Assembly: GCA_963735345.1 (NCBI GenBank)
Contig: CAVTKL010000013.1
Location: 103,897 to 167,896, forward strand
From: an uncultured Thermoleophilia bacterium
GTDB lineage: Bacteria; Actinomycetota; Thermoleophilia; UBA2241
Direction of reading: 5' to 3'
Length of the DNA stretch: 64,000 nucleotides
Made by a program: the position numbers and the translations under genes. Below the pieces are notes generated by a model. It ran no database searches. It was not told the origin of the DNA and worked only from the letters and a program-made list of their open reading frames with translations. Below, one piece after another: positions 9,691 through 19,275 of the stretch (positions are counted from its first letter, which is position 1; the number at the start of each line of letters is the position of its first letter).

Positions 9691-11166
9691 GTGAGACGGA
9701 ACGTGCATGCCGGCCGCTTGCGCAGCGGCGGGCTCAGTCTGAATGTCCTCACGCAGGACGAGATAGAGGACATCCATCTCGCGACGCTCGAAGTGCTGGA
9801 GCACACCGGCGTCTTCATGGAGGACGAAGAGGCGCGGGGACTCCTCGCGGCTGCCGGCTGCCGGGTAGATGCGGAGCGAGGGATAGTCAAGATCCCGCCC
9901 CACATGGTTGAAGAGGCCGCCCGCAGTGCCCCCTCCAAGTTGGTGCTCTGCGGTCGCTCGCCGGACAATGACTTCGTCATGGAGGACGGACGCGTGGGCT
10001 TCACGAGCTTCGGCGAAGGCCTGCGAGTAGTCGACCCCTATACCGCGGAACTCCGCGACTCGACCAAGAAAGACGTCGCGGACTGCACGAGGATCATCGA
10101 TGCACTCTCGGACATCGACGTCGTCGAGCGTCCGGTGGGGGCACACGATGTGCCGCAGGAGGCCGTGCCTCTGCACAACGCAGAGGCGATCTTCGCGAAC
10201 ACCACCAAGCACGCCTTCATCGCCCCTCTCACCGGCTACTTGGCGAGGCGAATGCGAGACATGGCGGTCGCCGTTGCCGGTGGCTCCGACAACCTGCGCG
10301 AGCGGCCGATTCTGTCGTACGTGGTCGCGACCATCAGCCCCCTGAAGATCACGCGGGACGTTTGCCAGATCATCATCGAGGGCGCACGGTCGGGTGTGCC
10401 GGTGCTCGTGTGTCCCAACGCCATGGCCGGCGCCACCTCTCCAGTCACCTTGGCCGGCACACTCGTGACCCACAACGCTGAGACGCTCGCCGGCATCACG
10501 CTTTCGCAAATCGCCAAGAAGGGCGCTCCGGTGATCTATGGCTCGTCCACGACCGCCATGGATCTAAGGCTCGCTTCCGCATCCATGGGCACACCGGAAT
10601 GCGCCCTCCTGAGCGCCAGCGCCGTCCATCTCGCTCGCCGCTACCTGCTCCCCAGTTGGGTCGCCGGTACGTAGGCTGACTCCAAAGTGGGCGATGTCCA
10701 GTGCGGGCATGAGAAGACGCTCACAGGCCTGTTGGCTGCGTTGGCAGGTGCCAACCTGATCTACGGCCTGGGGATGCTCGAGTCGGGTATCACGATGGAT
10801 TTCGGCCAGCTCGTGCTCGACAACGAGATCGCTCGCCTCATCAAGTTCACGGTGGCAGGCATCTCCATCAACGACGAGACCCTTGCGGTGGAGGACATCG
10901 CCCGGGTCGGCTCGTTCGGAGACTTCCTCTCGCTGGACTCCACCTACAAGCACATGCGCGAGCAAAGCATGCCAAAGCTGATGGACCGTCGGGTGCGAGA
11001 GGACTGGGCCTCAGCCGGCTCGACGGACGCTCACACGCGCGCCACGGCCGAGGCCCGACGCATACTGGAGACGCACCAGCCCGAGCCGCTGCCCGAGACC
11101 GTGCTCGAGGAGTTGCGTGCGATCATCCACGAGGCTGAGTTCGAACTCGGCGCGGCGGGCGCCTGA
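9691..11166 (+). CDS. mttB: Pyrrolysine-type trimethylamine:corrinoid methyltransferase (491 aa, in-frame TAG at 10672-10674 as codon 328)
   Basis: ORFs 9691-10674 and 10687-11166 share a frame; junction reads LPSWVAGT-TAG-ADSKVGDVQCGHEKT, matching the Pyl site context of MttB; GANLIYGLGMLE. Confidence 0.9.
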
Positions 11167-11323
11167 CAGCAGGGGGACACGACATGCCAGGCCGGACGAG
11201 GCGTACGTCGCCGCTGGGCTCATCCTCGAGCCCGAGGTCCTCGAGCGGGGCGCGCGCCTCTGCGGCCTGCTTCGAACGGCTGCAAAGGGGTGCCTCAGGA
11301 CATAGCTGACTCTCAACGAAGTC

Positions 11324-11530
11324 TCAATCCGCTTGAGAGTCGACATCTCCACTGAGGGGCGCATACGCGAAGTTCTCCGCGAACCTCTTGCACCAGATGA
11401 CCACTGCATGGTAGGCGTTGGGATCGAGATCGGACGGCAGCGAGTACGTTTGATCGCCGCCGCTGCCCTTCAGCGCCCCGGCATCAAGATAGGCCGCCTC
11501 CTCCTGATCGTCCCAAGGAACCGAGGCGCG
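11324..11530 (-). pseudogene. DM13 domain C-terminal fragment
   Basis: YLDAGALKGSGGDQTYSLPSDLDPNAYHAVVIWCKRF; N-terminus absent. Confidence 0.65.
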
Positions 11531-11698
11531 CACCGTGGGTCGGCCGGACTTGGGAGCGGAGGTGAGAGTCATCCGCGAGCGCGACCATAAGGCGAGGTCA
11601 TCCTCGCCAAGTGAAGTGGGCCTTCGAGCGACAACACCGGGAGCCCGAAAGGGATTCACTCAAACAGAGGGAACCCGATGTCAAGGAGGCAGACCGTC

Positions 11699-12208
11699 AT
11701 GAACCTGGGCCTTCGCGATCTCAAGAACGATGACCTTTCGCTGATCGAGCGGTGGCTACACGCGGATCATGTATGCAGTACGTGGGGAGACCCCGAAGCG
11801 AACCTCCAGTCGCTCCGCGACGCACCGCCCGATGGGAGTCGGCGGGCCATCATCGAGGCGGACGGCCTCGAGGTCGGACTCGTTCTGTGGCAGCACCCGA
11901 CGCGCCGGGAACTCGATGAGGCCGGCCTCTGCGACATCCCGGAGAGCGTCATCGACATCGACATCATGATCGGCGAGTTCGAGGCCGTGGGGTTGGGGCT
12001 GGGGTCGACCGCCATACGCCTCGTCGCCGAGACAGCGTTGTCCGACCCGACGGTGCCGTTTCTGATGGCGTGTGCCCGGCTGGACAACCTGGCCTCCCAG
12101 CGGGCATTCGCCAAGGCAGGCTTCCGCAAGGATAGAGAATTCGACGACGTCCCGAACGGGCGCTATGTACTCATGGTGCGTCACCGTCAGGAGGAGCAGA
12201 TCGCATGA
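11699..12208 (+). CDS. GNAT N-acetyltransferase (AAC(6')-Ib-like fold)
   Basis: WLHADHVCSTWG, IDIMIGEFEAVGLGLG, NLASQRAFAKAGF; AAGGAGG RBS. Confidence 0.8.
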   Translation: MNLGLRDLKNDDLSLIERWLHADHVCSTWGDPEANLQSLRDAPPDGSRRAIIEADGLEVGLVLWQHPTRRELDEAGLCDIPESVIDIDIMIGEFEAVGLGLGSTAIRLVAETALSDPTVPFLMACARLDNLASQRAFAKAGFRKDREFDDVPNGRYVLMVRHRQEEQIA

Positions 12209-12990
12209 ACCAGCCTGGCCCCCGCTTCTGGGAGATCTTCTTCGAGCTCTACGAAAGCCTGCCCAGGCAGGGGCCCGGCAATCGCGCCTGCGCCGCCAGG
12301 GCCCTTGGCCTCTGCCGTGACCTACCACGATCCCCCGCGATCCTCGATCTGGGGTGCGGAGTCGGCGGGCAGACCCTGCAACTCGCCGAGCTTCTACCGT
12401 CGAGTTCCATCGTGGCGATCGACAGTCATGCACCGAGCATCGAACGGCTGCAGGCGGCTGTCGCCGAGCGCGGGCTCACGCAGCGCGTCAGCGCGCTCGT
12501 CGGAGACATGGCCCACCCGCGACAGCCGCCCGGGAGTTTCGACCTCATCTGGTCTGAAGGCGCGCTCTACAGCGTCGGGCTGCGGACCGCGCTGCGCGTC
12601 TGTCACGACCTGCTGCGCCCCGGCGGCCACCTCGCGTTCACCGATGGGGTCTGGCTCAAGGAGGACCCGCCTCTCTCGATCAGAACCAGCTTCGACCTGG
12701 ACTACCCGACCATGGGACGGCCGGAGGACGACGCGGCGGCGATACGAGACTGCGGACTCGATCTGGTGGGGCAGTTCACCCTGCCCGATGCAGCGTGGTG
12801 GGACGACTTCTACACTCCCATGGAGACGCGCATCGCTGAGTTGCGTGGCAGATACGCCGACGATGCCAAAGCCTTGGCCGTACTGGACCAACTCGCCGAG
12901 GAGCCCGAGATGCACCGCCGCCATTCCGACTTCTACGCCTATGAGTTCTTCGTGGCACGCCGCCCGCATCCCAGTGGCGCACCGACTTGA
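12205..12990 (+). CDS. Class I SAM-dependent methyltransferase
   Basis: ILDLGCGVG, FDLIWSEGA, LRPGG; ATGA overlap with the upstream gene. Confidence 0.9.
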   Translation: MNQPGPRFWEIFFELYESLPRQGPGNRACAARALGLCRDLPRSPAILDLGCGVGGQTLQLAELLPSSSIVAIDSHAPSIERLQAAVAERGLTQRVSALVGDMAHPRQPPGSFDLIWSEGALYSVGLRTALRVCHDLLRPGGHLAFTDGVWLKEDPPLSIRTSFDLDYPTMGRPEDDAAAIRDCGLDLVGQFTLPDAAWWDDFYTPMETRIAELRGRYADDAKALAVLDQLAEEPEMHRRHSDFYAYEFFVARRPHPSGAPT

Positions 12991-13511
12991 ACGGGGGATC
13001 AGTGAGTCCACTTGCCGGCGACTTGGCAGAGTTGCGCGAGCAACTCGGCAAGGGCTCCGTGCAGAGAGCCTACGCAGCGATCGTCGGCTACATGTCGCGG
13101 CTTCGCGCGCACTTCGCAAGCAGAGAGGGTGAGCGGGCGGTCTCCGGCCTGTATCAGGGATACCTCGACATGACCTACTTCGCGCTGTTCCCGCCCGCGC
13201 TCAGGTCACGCGACCTCAAGATCGCCATCGTGTTCGACTACGAGGCTTTCGCGTTCGAGGTATGGCTGGCCGCCCGCAACCGCAAGGTGCAGCGGCGCTA
13301 CTGGGAGCTTTTCCGTGACAGCGGCTGGTCGGGGTACCACGTCGTCGAACCGGCCGCCGGCGTCGACGCGATCGTCGAGCATCCCGCTGGAAGCGGGTTC
13401 GAACTCGACGACCCTCGGGCGCTCACCGCGAAGATCGAGGCGACGACAGCGGCGTTCCTCGTCGAACTCGAGCGCTTCCTCGAGGCTCACGACCCGAGCC
13501 AGGCGGTCTGA
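12987..13511 (+). CDS. Conserved hypothetical protein
   Basis: YQGYLDMTYF...LKIAIVF...FEVWLAARN; coupled to the upstream gene; start uncertain. Confidence 0.7.
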   Translation: MNGGSVSPLAGDLAELREQLGKGSVQRAYAAIVGYMSRLRAHFASREGERAVSGLYQGYLDMTYFALFPPALRSRDLKIAIVFDYEAFAFEVWLAARNRKVQRRYWELFRDSGWSGYHVVEPAAGVDAIVEHPAGSGFELDDPRALTAKIEATTAAFLVELERFLEAHDPSQAV

Positions 13512-13609
13512 CACGCGCATTCTGAGTCCGCCGCAGAGCCGACGGTCTCGTCGGCGACCGTCGCGCTTGCAGGCTATCCGCGGAGCGTTCGCATGAGGAG
13601 AGGAGGAGC

Positions 13610-14803
13610 ATGGACCCGGACATCCGAGGGCGGGCACTGGGCTGTTGCATGGCGGGTCTCTTCATCCTGATGACGGCCGGTTGTGGGCAAGGCAGACCGG
13701 AATGGGACGACGCGTCGGGCGTGATCATGCGCCCGTCGGTGCATGCGAGCATCCCTGAGGCGATCGAAGCGGCCGAGTCTGCGATCCCTCCCCGGGCCAT
13801 GCAGGGCAGCGGCCTTGCAGGCGCGATGGGCGGCGTTCACCTCAAAGGGCAGCAGGCCGGTTCGTACGGTGTACGCCTTCCTCTGCCCCAGATGGTCGAC
13901 GGGCAGACGCCGGTCTGCTACGCCGTGAACGCCACGCCGGAGACGGCCCTGACGGAGTGCCGGCTGCACGCGCCGGCGCATGGCAACGCATTCATCACGC
14001 TGACGCCGGACGTGAAGGGCGAGCAGGAGGTCCGCATCGACTGGTCGTGCGTCGTGTTGATCGCCGCGAAGTCGCCGGCAGGGACCGGCGCGAGTCCGGA
14101 GCCCTACCGCGCGGCCACCGCGTGTGTTCAGAGCGAGCACCGTCAGATCAAGGAACTGGCGGAGCGGCTCTGGCCGGCCACGGACAGCGCGCGCGACTAC
14201 GCCGCCGCCATCCAGGAGTTCATCCGGGACATGGAGCGCAAAGAGCAGCCGGCAAGCCTCGATGCGTTGGGTATCCTCGAGAGTGGTCAGAACACGATCT
14301 GCACGGCCAACGCCAATCTGGCCTGTGCGCTCATGCGGGCGAGACAGACACCGTGCCGATCCATCGCGACCTTGCCGACCACAGCGCGCCGCCTCGAGAT
14401 GCATCGCATCGTGGAGTACGCGGACAACGGCGCGTGGATCCCGTTCGATCCGAGCGGTGTCTCCGCGGACATCCCCCTGAAGCCCTGGCAGAACATCATC
14501 ATGGCCAAGACCACCCCTCAAGATGAGCAGGCGACGATGAAGCCGCGAGCAGGCGCGATGGTCGGCTGCCCGCTGGGGCATGAGGTCGAGTTCTCACGGC
14601 CGGGCCTGAACCTGTTCGGCAGCGACTTCTTCTGGACGATCGGCGCGCCGCTGGCGGAGTTCGAGGTGACCGACGAAGCCGTCACACTCACGGCAGACGA
14701 GTGGCGACGGTTCCTGGCGGACGGCGTGCTCAGCGCCGGCCAGTTCAAAGCCGCCTCCGCGCGCGATCCCGACGAGTACCTGGAAGCGCTGGACCCCAGG
14801 TGA
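13610..14803 (+). CDS. Transglutaminase-like domain lipoprotein
   Basis: Lipobox-like TAGC; CTANANLACALMRA, MHRIVEY, GAWIPFDPS (Cys-His-Asp). Confidence 0.75.
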   Translation: MDPDIRGRALGCCMAGLFILMTAGCGQGRPEWDDASGVIMRPSVHASIPEAIEAAESAIPPRAMQGSGLAGAMGGVHLKGQQAGSYGVRLPLPQMVDGQTPVCYAVNATPETALTECRLHAPAHGNAFITLTPDVKGEQEVRIDWSCVVLIAAKSPAGTGASPEPYRAATACVQSEHRQIKELAERLWPATDSARDYAAAIQEFIRDMERKEQPASLDALGILESGQNTICTANANLACALMRARQTPCRSIATLPTTARRLEMHRIVEYADNGAWIPFDPSGVSADIPLKPWQNIIMAKTTPQDEQATMKPRAGAMVGCPLGHEVEFSRPGLNLFGSDFFWTIGAPLAEFEVTDEAVTLTADEWRRFLADGVLSAGQFKAASARDPDEYLEALDPR

Positions 14804-14939
14804 TGGGAACCAGAGACTCCACGTCACGGCTCGCGACGCCGCCGCGCCTGACCCCCGCGCAGCTCGACACCCGGAGGTCGGCCGGACGCCGGACCGGCGT
14901 CCGTGGTCGTCGGCCGGCCGGACCGACACGGGATCATGG

Positions 14940-15482
14940 ATGCTGCCCGGCTACGTCATAGCACCCGCCGCGCCTCACCACCTTGCGACGCTTGCCTCCG
15001 TCGAGTTGAGCGCCGCAGCCCGGTTTCGCGGATGGGACGTTCCGGCCGCGGTGTTCGAAGAGGCGACGCCGATCTCGGTCCTCGAGGCCGCGCAGGCCTC
15101 AGGCCACCTCTGGGTCGCGCTCTCTCCGGCCGGCGATTGCGTCGGCTTCGGCCTTGTCGAGCCATCCGGCGAGCGTCTTCATCTCCAGGAGCTTGATGTC
15201 CTGCCGGAGCACGGCGGCGGCGGCCTGGGCAGAGCGCTGGTGAGCAGGATCGAACGCTGGGCCGTCGAGAGCGGCTTCGCCGAGATCACCCTGACGACGT
15301 ACCGCGACGTCCCATGGAACGCGCCCTTCTACGTACGTCTCGGCTTCGAGATCCTCGAGTGCGCAGACCTCGACTCCTACCTGTCGGCGCGCCTTGCGGC
15401 CGAAGCCGAGCGCGGCCTGAGCTCGATGCCGCGCGTCGCCCTGCGCAAACCGATGGGCCGCCGCGCAAGCGCATCGACCTGA
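14940..15482 (+). CDS. GNAT N-acetyltransferase
   Basis: LHLQELDVLPEHGGGGLG, LTTYRDVPWNAPFYVRLGF. Confidence 0.88.
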   Translation: MLPGYVIAPAAPHHLATLASVELSAAARFRGWDVPAAVFEEATPISVLEAAQASGHLWVALSPAGDCVGFGLVEPSGERLHLQELDVLPEHGGGGLGRALVSRIERWAVESGFAEITLTTYRDVPWNAPFYVRLGFEILECADLDSYLSARLAAEAERGLSSMPRVALRKPMGRRASAST

Positions 15483-15688
15483 CTCGCCCAGCGTTCTCGC
15501 GGCAGCCTCAGACCGTACCGAGCTGATCAACCAGCGCTCCGCCCAGCCAGACCCCCGGTGATCGTCTCGGGCCACTGCGCCCGGACTCTCGGTGAAGCGT
15601 CCCAGGCAGAAGGCCATTCGAACGGCGTGTAATTCTCTCTCGATGCGAGCACGGCGACGTCAGGCGTCGATCGTGCTGATGGAACTGC

Positions 15689-15713
15689 GCGCCGCGGCGG
15701 TCACCGCCGCGGC
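15689..15713. terminator. GC-rich hairpin between convergent genes
   Basis: CGCCGCGGCGG-tca-CCGCCGCGGCG. Confidence 0.45.
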
Positions 15714-15717
15714 GGGG

Positions 15718-16443
15718 TCACTCAGGCGATACGTTCACGATCACGGGAAGCTTGCCTCGCCACGCCGCCCACACCCCAGGGTCCGTCGCCAGCTCGCACA
15801 TGAAGCGGGCGACGTTGGCCCTGTTGGTCTCGCCGGGGCGGAACAGGCCGTCCACGAGACCCTCGTGCAGCGCGTACTCCGTGACGTCACCGTCCTTGAG
15901 CGTATCGGGACGGACGACCACCCACTGCGCGCACGGATCGGCAGCCTCGATGACGTCATGGAGGAAATCGGCGGCGCGCTGATTGTCCCTCCCGGGAGGG
16001 ACGAGGCCGCGCTGCATCCAGAGGACGGCCCGCTCGAAGCGCCCGCGCCGCGTATCCAGGCATCCGGGGCGATTCACCGAGACACTGCTCATGAGGATGA
16101 GCTTCACGGGCTGGGCGGGCTGCAGCTCCCGTGTGGCCCGGTACACCCTCGCGATCGACCGGGCGACGAGGTCGCGCGGGGGCCCCAGGATGCCCCCCAA
16201 GCTGATCGTGTGACCGAGGCACGAGACGACGGCGTCGCAGCCCTCGACCTGCTCCCTGAGCTGTGCATCGCTCAGGGAGAGCAGGTCCGCCTCGACGACC
16301 GTCAGCCGCGGGTCGTCCGCGACGCCGGCCGGGAGCCGCTCGGCCGACCGGACCACGGCGCGTACGCTGACACCACGGCCCAGGAGTTGCTGCAGGACGC
16401 GGCCACCCGTGCGCCCGCTGCCGCCCAGGAGCAGAACAGTCAT
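15718..16443 (-). CDS. NAD(P)H-binding atypical SDR
   Basis: LGGSGRTG, CDAVVSCLG, WVVVRP, RANVARFM. Confidence 0.88.
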   Translation of the reverse strand: MTVLLLGGSGRTGGRVLQQLLGRGVSVRAVVRSAERLPAGVADDPRLTVVEADLLSLSDAQLREQVEGCDAVVSCLGHTISLGGILGPPRDLVARSIARVYRATRELQPAQPVKLILMSSVSVNRPGCLDTRRGRFERAVLWMQRGLVPPGRDNQRAADFLHDVIEAADPCAQWVVVRPDTLKDGDVTEYALHEGLVDGLFRPGETNRANVARFMCELATDPGVWAAWRGKLPVIVNVSPE

Positions 16444-16664
16444 GACTTCACCTCCGGGTACTGGAACACGTCATCGAGCGGGACTCCGAACACCCGCGCG
16501 ATCTGAAAGGCCATCTCGAGCGACGGCGAGTAGCGGCCCTGCTCGATGGCGATGATGGTCTGGCGGGTCACGCCGACGCGATCCGCCAGGTCCGCCTGCG
16601 TCATCTCGCCAGCCCCGAAGCGGAGCCCGCGAATGCGGTTGGTGACTCTGGTCGGCTTGCCCAT
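16440..16664 (-). CDS. XRE/Cro-family HTH regulator
   Basis: MTQADLADRVGVTRQTIIAIEQGRYSPSLEMAFQIARVF. Confidence 0.92.
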   Translation of the reverse strand: MGKPTRVTNRIRGLRFGAGEMTQADLADRVGVTRQTIIAIEQGRYSPSLEMAFQIARVFGVPLDDVFQYPEVKS

Positions 16665-16666
16665 CG

Positions 16667-17116
16667 TCAGAATCCCCTGCGGTAGGCGACGAGCTTGACC
16701 ACCGACCCGACCAGCGTCCCGACCACGAACGACAGGTAGAGCGCGCTGGCGATCCAGAAGTACTCGTACTCCAGCATCGTGAGCGCGAGTACACCGACCA
16801 TGCCGACGGAGGAGACGGAGAAGCCGATCCGGTCGCCGCGGCGGCTGATCTGCTTGTCCCGCTCGTCCGTGCCGAGGTCGCCGGAGGCGGACCTGCCGCG
16901 CAGCTCGGCGGAGATGCCGCTGCCGATCCCCGCCAGGATCGAGCCGACGATGGTCAGGACGACCGACGCCACGATGGCGACGATGAGCGGCCACTGGTAG
17001 GAGATGTCGGCCGCCGACACATCGCCGAGCCGGCCCAGCATGATCACGAAGTACGCCACGGGGACCACCACCGTGACCGCCAAGTTGACCCACGTCACTT
17101 TTTCTTCGAACGGCAC
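16667..17116 (-). CDS. Membrane protein (DUF2178-like) paired with the XRE regulator
   Basis: Four hydrophobic segments, DERDKQISRRG; AAGGAGG RBS before GTG. Confidence 0.75.
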   Translation of the reverse strand: MPFEEKVTWVNLAVTVVVPVAYFVIMLGRLGDVSAADISYQWPLIVAIVASVVLTIVGSILAGIGSGISAELRGRSASGDLGTDERDKQISRRGDRIGFSVSSVGMVGVLALTMLEYEYFWIASALYLSFVVGTLVGSVVKLVAYRRGF

Positions 17117-17144
17117 AGCTGCCTCCTTGCCTTGACCCGACGAT

Positions 17145-17207
17145 GTCAGGAATGTTTGACATCTCGTACTGTAAAGGGAAGCAGACACCGTGTCAAGTAT
17201 TGTTTAC
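17145..17207. promoter_or_regulatory. Two XRE-type operator-like boxes
   Basis: GTCAGGAATGTTTGAC and GTCAAGTATTGTTTAC, 16-bp imperfect palindromes upstream of the membrane protein/XRE operon. Confidence 0.55.
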
Positions 17208-17510
17208 TCCGGTTCCGCGATCGGCCTGATGAGCTCCCCGCGTCTACCTGGTTCACGCGATCCGTGTCAGCCAGCGCCGGGGGCGCTCGGAACACGTCCA
17301 GCCGTGCTACGTTCGACGGATCCCGGCTTCCCGTTGTGAGCGTCGCCCATATCAGGAGCCTCGTATGACGGCGGCGCCGTCCTCATCTTGAGCAGCACCC
17401 TTCTATCTGCCTGCCTCGTACCTTGTCCCGAGCGGCATCTCGTCCATCGGCATAGACTGGCAACGGACTTGGGGTCGTCGCGGCACGACGCAGAGGAGGA
17501 ATCGGAGTCC

Positions 17511-18344
17511 ATGCCCGCCGCACTGCTCGCTCTGGGCGCGAGTCTGGCCTACGGCACCTCCGACTTCCTCGCCGGTGTCGAGTCCCGGCGCCGGTCCGTC
17601 TGGTCGGTCACGGCCGTGAGTCAGCCGACCGCTCTGCTCGTCGCCGGGGTGTTCGTCCTCCTGAACTGGAGATCGCCCGGCGGTCTGGACTCCTTCCTGG
17701 TTCCGTTCCTCGGGGGCATCGCGGGAGGGTGCGCCATCGTCGTGTACTACCTGGCGCTCGCACAGGGCACGATGGGCGTCGTGGCGCCGATCGTCTCCGC
17801 GTGCGCGATCGTTCCCGTCGTGGTGGGACTTGCGGGCGGCGAGCGCGCGAGCCCGGTGCAATACGCCGGTATGGCACTTGCTCTCGGCGGCATCGTGCTC
17901 TGCTCGCGCTCCGAGGCCCGCGGCAACGGCGGTGTCGGTCTCCGCAGCGTCCTCTTCGCCGTGCTCGCCGCCGTCGGCTTCGGGGCGATGATGGTCGGTC
18001 TGAGTGCGACCGCCCACCAGGACGTGTCCTGGACGGTGTTTGCCGGGCGCCTCGGCTCTGCGACGGCCGTCTACTCTTATCTTGTCGTCCGCCGGCCGCT
18101 CCTCGACGTGCCCCTCCGCGCCGTTCCCACACTGGCCGCCGTGGGCGTGCTCGGCGTAGTCGCCAATGCCCTCTTCACACTCGCCACCACCGTCGGCTAT
18201 CTGAGCACGGTCGCCGTACTCGCCACCCTCTCTCCCGTCGTGATCGCTGTCTACGCCCGGCTCTTCGCCGGCGAGCGGCTTACGCGGGCGCAACTCGTCG
18301 CAGCCCTCGTCGTGCTTGCGGGCGTCATCTGCCTGACCGTCTGA
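17511..18344 (+). CDS. EamA/DMT-family transporter
   Basis: About 10 TM segments, YGTSDFLAG, ALAQGTMGVVAPI, GERL. Confidence 0.88.
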   Translation: MPAALLALGASLAYGTSDFLAGVESRRRSVWSVTAVSQPTALLVAGVFVLLNWRSPGGLDSFLVPFLGGIAGGCAIVVYYLALAQGTMGVVAPIVSACAIVPVVVGLAGGERASPVQYAGMALALGGIVLCSRSEARGNGGVGLRSVLFAVLAAVGFGAMMVGLSATAHQDVSWTVFAGRLGSATAVYSYLVVRRPLLDVPLRAVPTLAAVGVLGVVANALFTLATTVGYLSTVAVLATLSPVVIAVYARLFAGERLTRAQLVAALVVLAGVICLTV

Positions 18345-18629
18345 GCTCATGTGCCTCGCCCCGCAGCGAATGGCCCCGGCCACGCCGTCTGGGTCTTCTC
18401 CGAGCGCGATCGCGCAGGCGCGGATCAGTTCAGCGTGGCCTCGAGCGTCGCCGATGGCCTCAGCATCGTTCGGGCCGGTGCCGAGGTGGCCGCGGCCAAG
18501 GGCGCGTGGGAGGGGAGCGGCGAGACAGTCGCAGACAACCACGGCGCGACGTCGTCGAACGTGATCGGTCTGCGCATCAACTGAGTCCCTCGACCTGGCG
18601 GGCAGCGCGCACGGCGCCGCGGATCAGCC

Positions 18630-19070
18630 TCAGGTGCCGCCGATGATGGTGAAGGTGCGGGTCACCTTCTTCACCTGGCCGTGCCAGCGCGCCGTGACCA
18701 CGACCTTGACCTCGAAGTCGCCGGCCGAGCCGCAGTCCGTGACGCGACTGGCGGAGGCGAGGCCGTCGGCGTTGGTGGTTCGCCCCTGCGTGCGCGTGCC
18801 CTCCGGCAAGTACCACTTGAAGGTGACTCCGACGCCCTTGATGGCCCTGCCCATCTGGTCCTTGGCGCGGCATCGCATGGTGACCGTGTCGCCGCTGGTC
18901 GCCGTGCCTGGCGTGTTCACGCCGATGCGCATGGTGCGCTCCATCGGTGTCTGCGCGGCGGCAGGTCGCACCGCCACAGCACTGAGGAGCAACGCACAGG
19001 CGACGGCGACGACGCAGAGCGCACCGGTGCGGCTGAGCGAGGCAGGATGTGCGATGGATCGTGCAGCCAT
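18630..19070 (-). CDS. Secreted Ig-like hypothetical protein
   Basis: Signal peptide ending in AAA; KDQMGRAIKGVGVTF, TTNADGLA. Confidence 0.65.
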   Translation of the reverse strand: MAARSIAHPASLSRTGALCVVAVACALLLSAVAVRPAAAQTPMERTMRIGVNTPGTATSGDTVTMRCRAKDQMGRAIKGVGVTFKWYLPEGTRTQGRTTNADGLASASRVTDCGSAGDFEVKVVVTARWHGQVKKVTRTFTIIGGT

Positions 19071-19275
19071 GATCCCCTCCGATGGACATGGGCGTCAGCC
19101 CGCCGATAGGTTCGCCCCAGCTTAGGCGCAATCGCAGGGCGTGTCACCTGTAGTCGGCGTGCTCAACGCGCCGCAGGGCTCCGCCCGCGCGACAGGCCCC
19201 CTTGCCGTGTCTCTGGCACTATCATAGAACACGGTGCGCGATTGGAGCGGCTCACGATCAGGAGGACGACCCGGA

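Noticed and set aside
18351-18584. Short ORF after the EamA gene
   Set aside because: No RBS or recognisable family; at most a gene remnant
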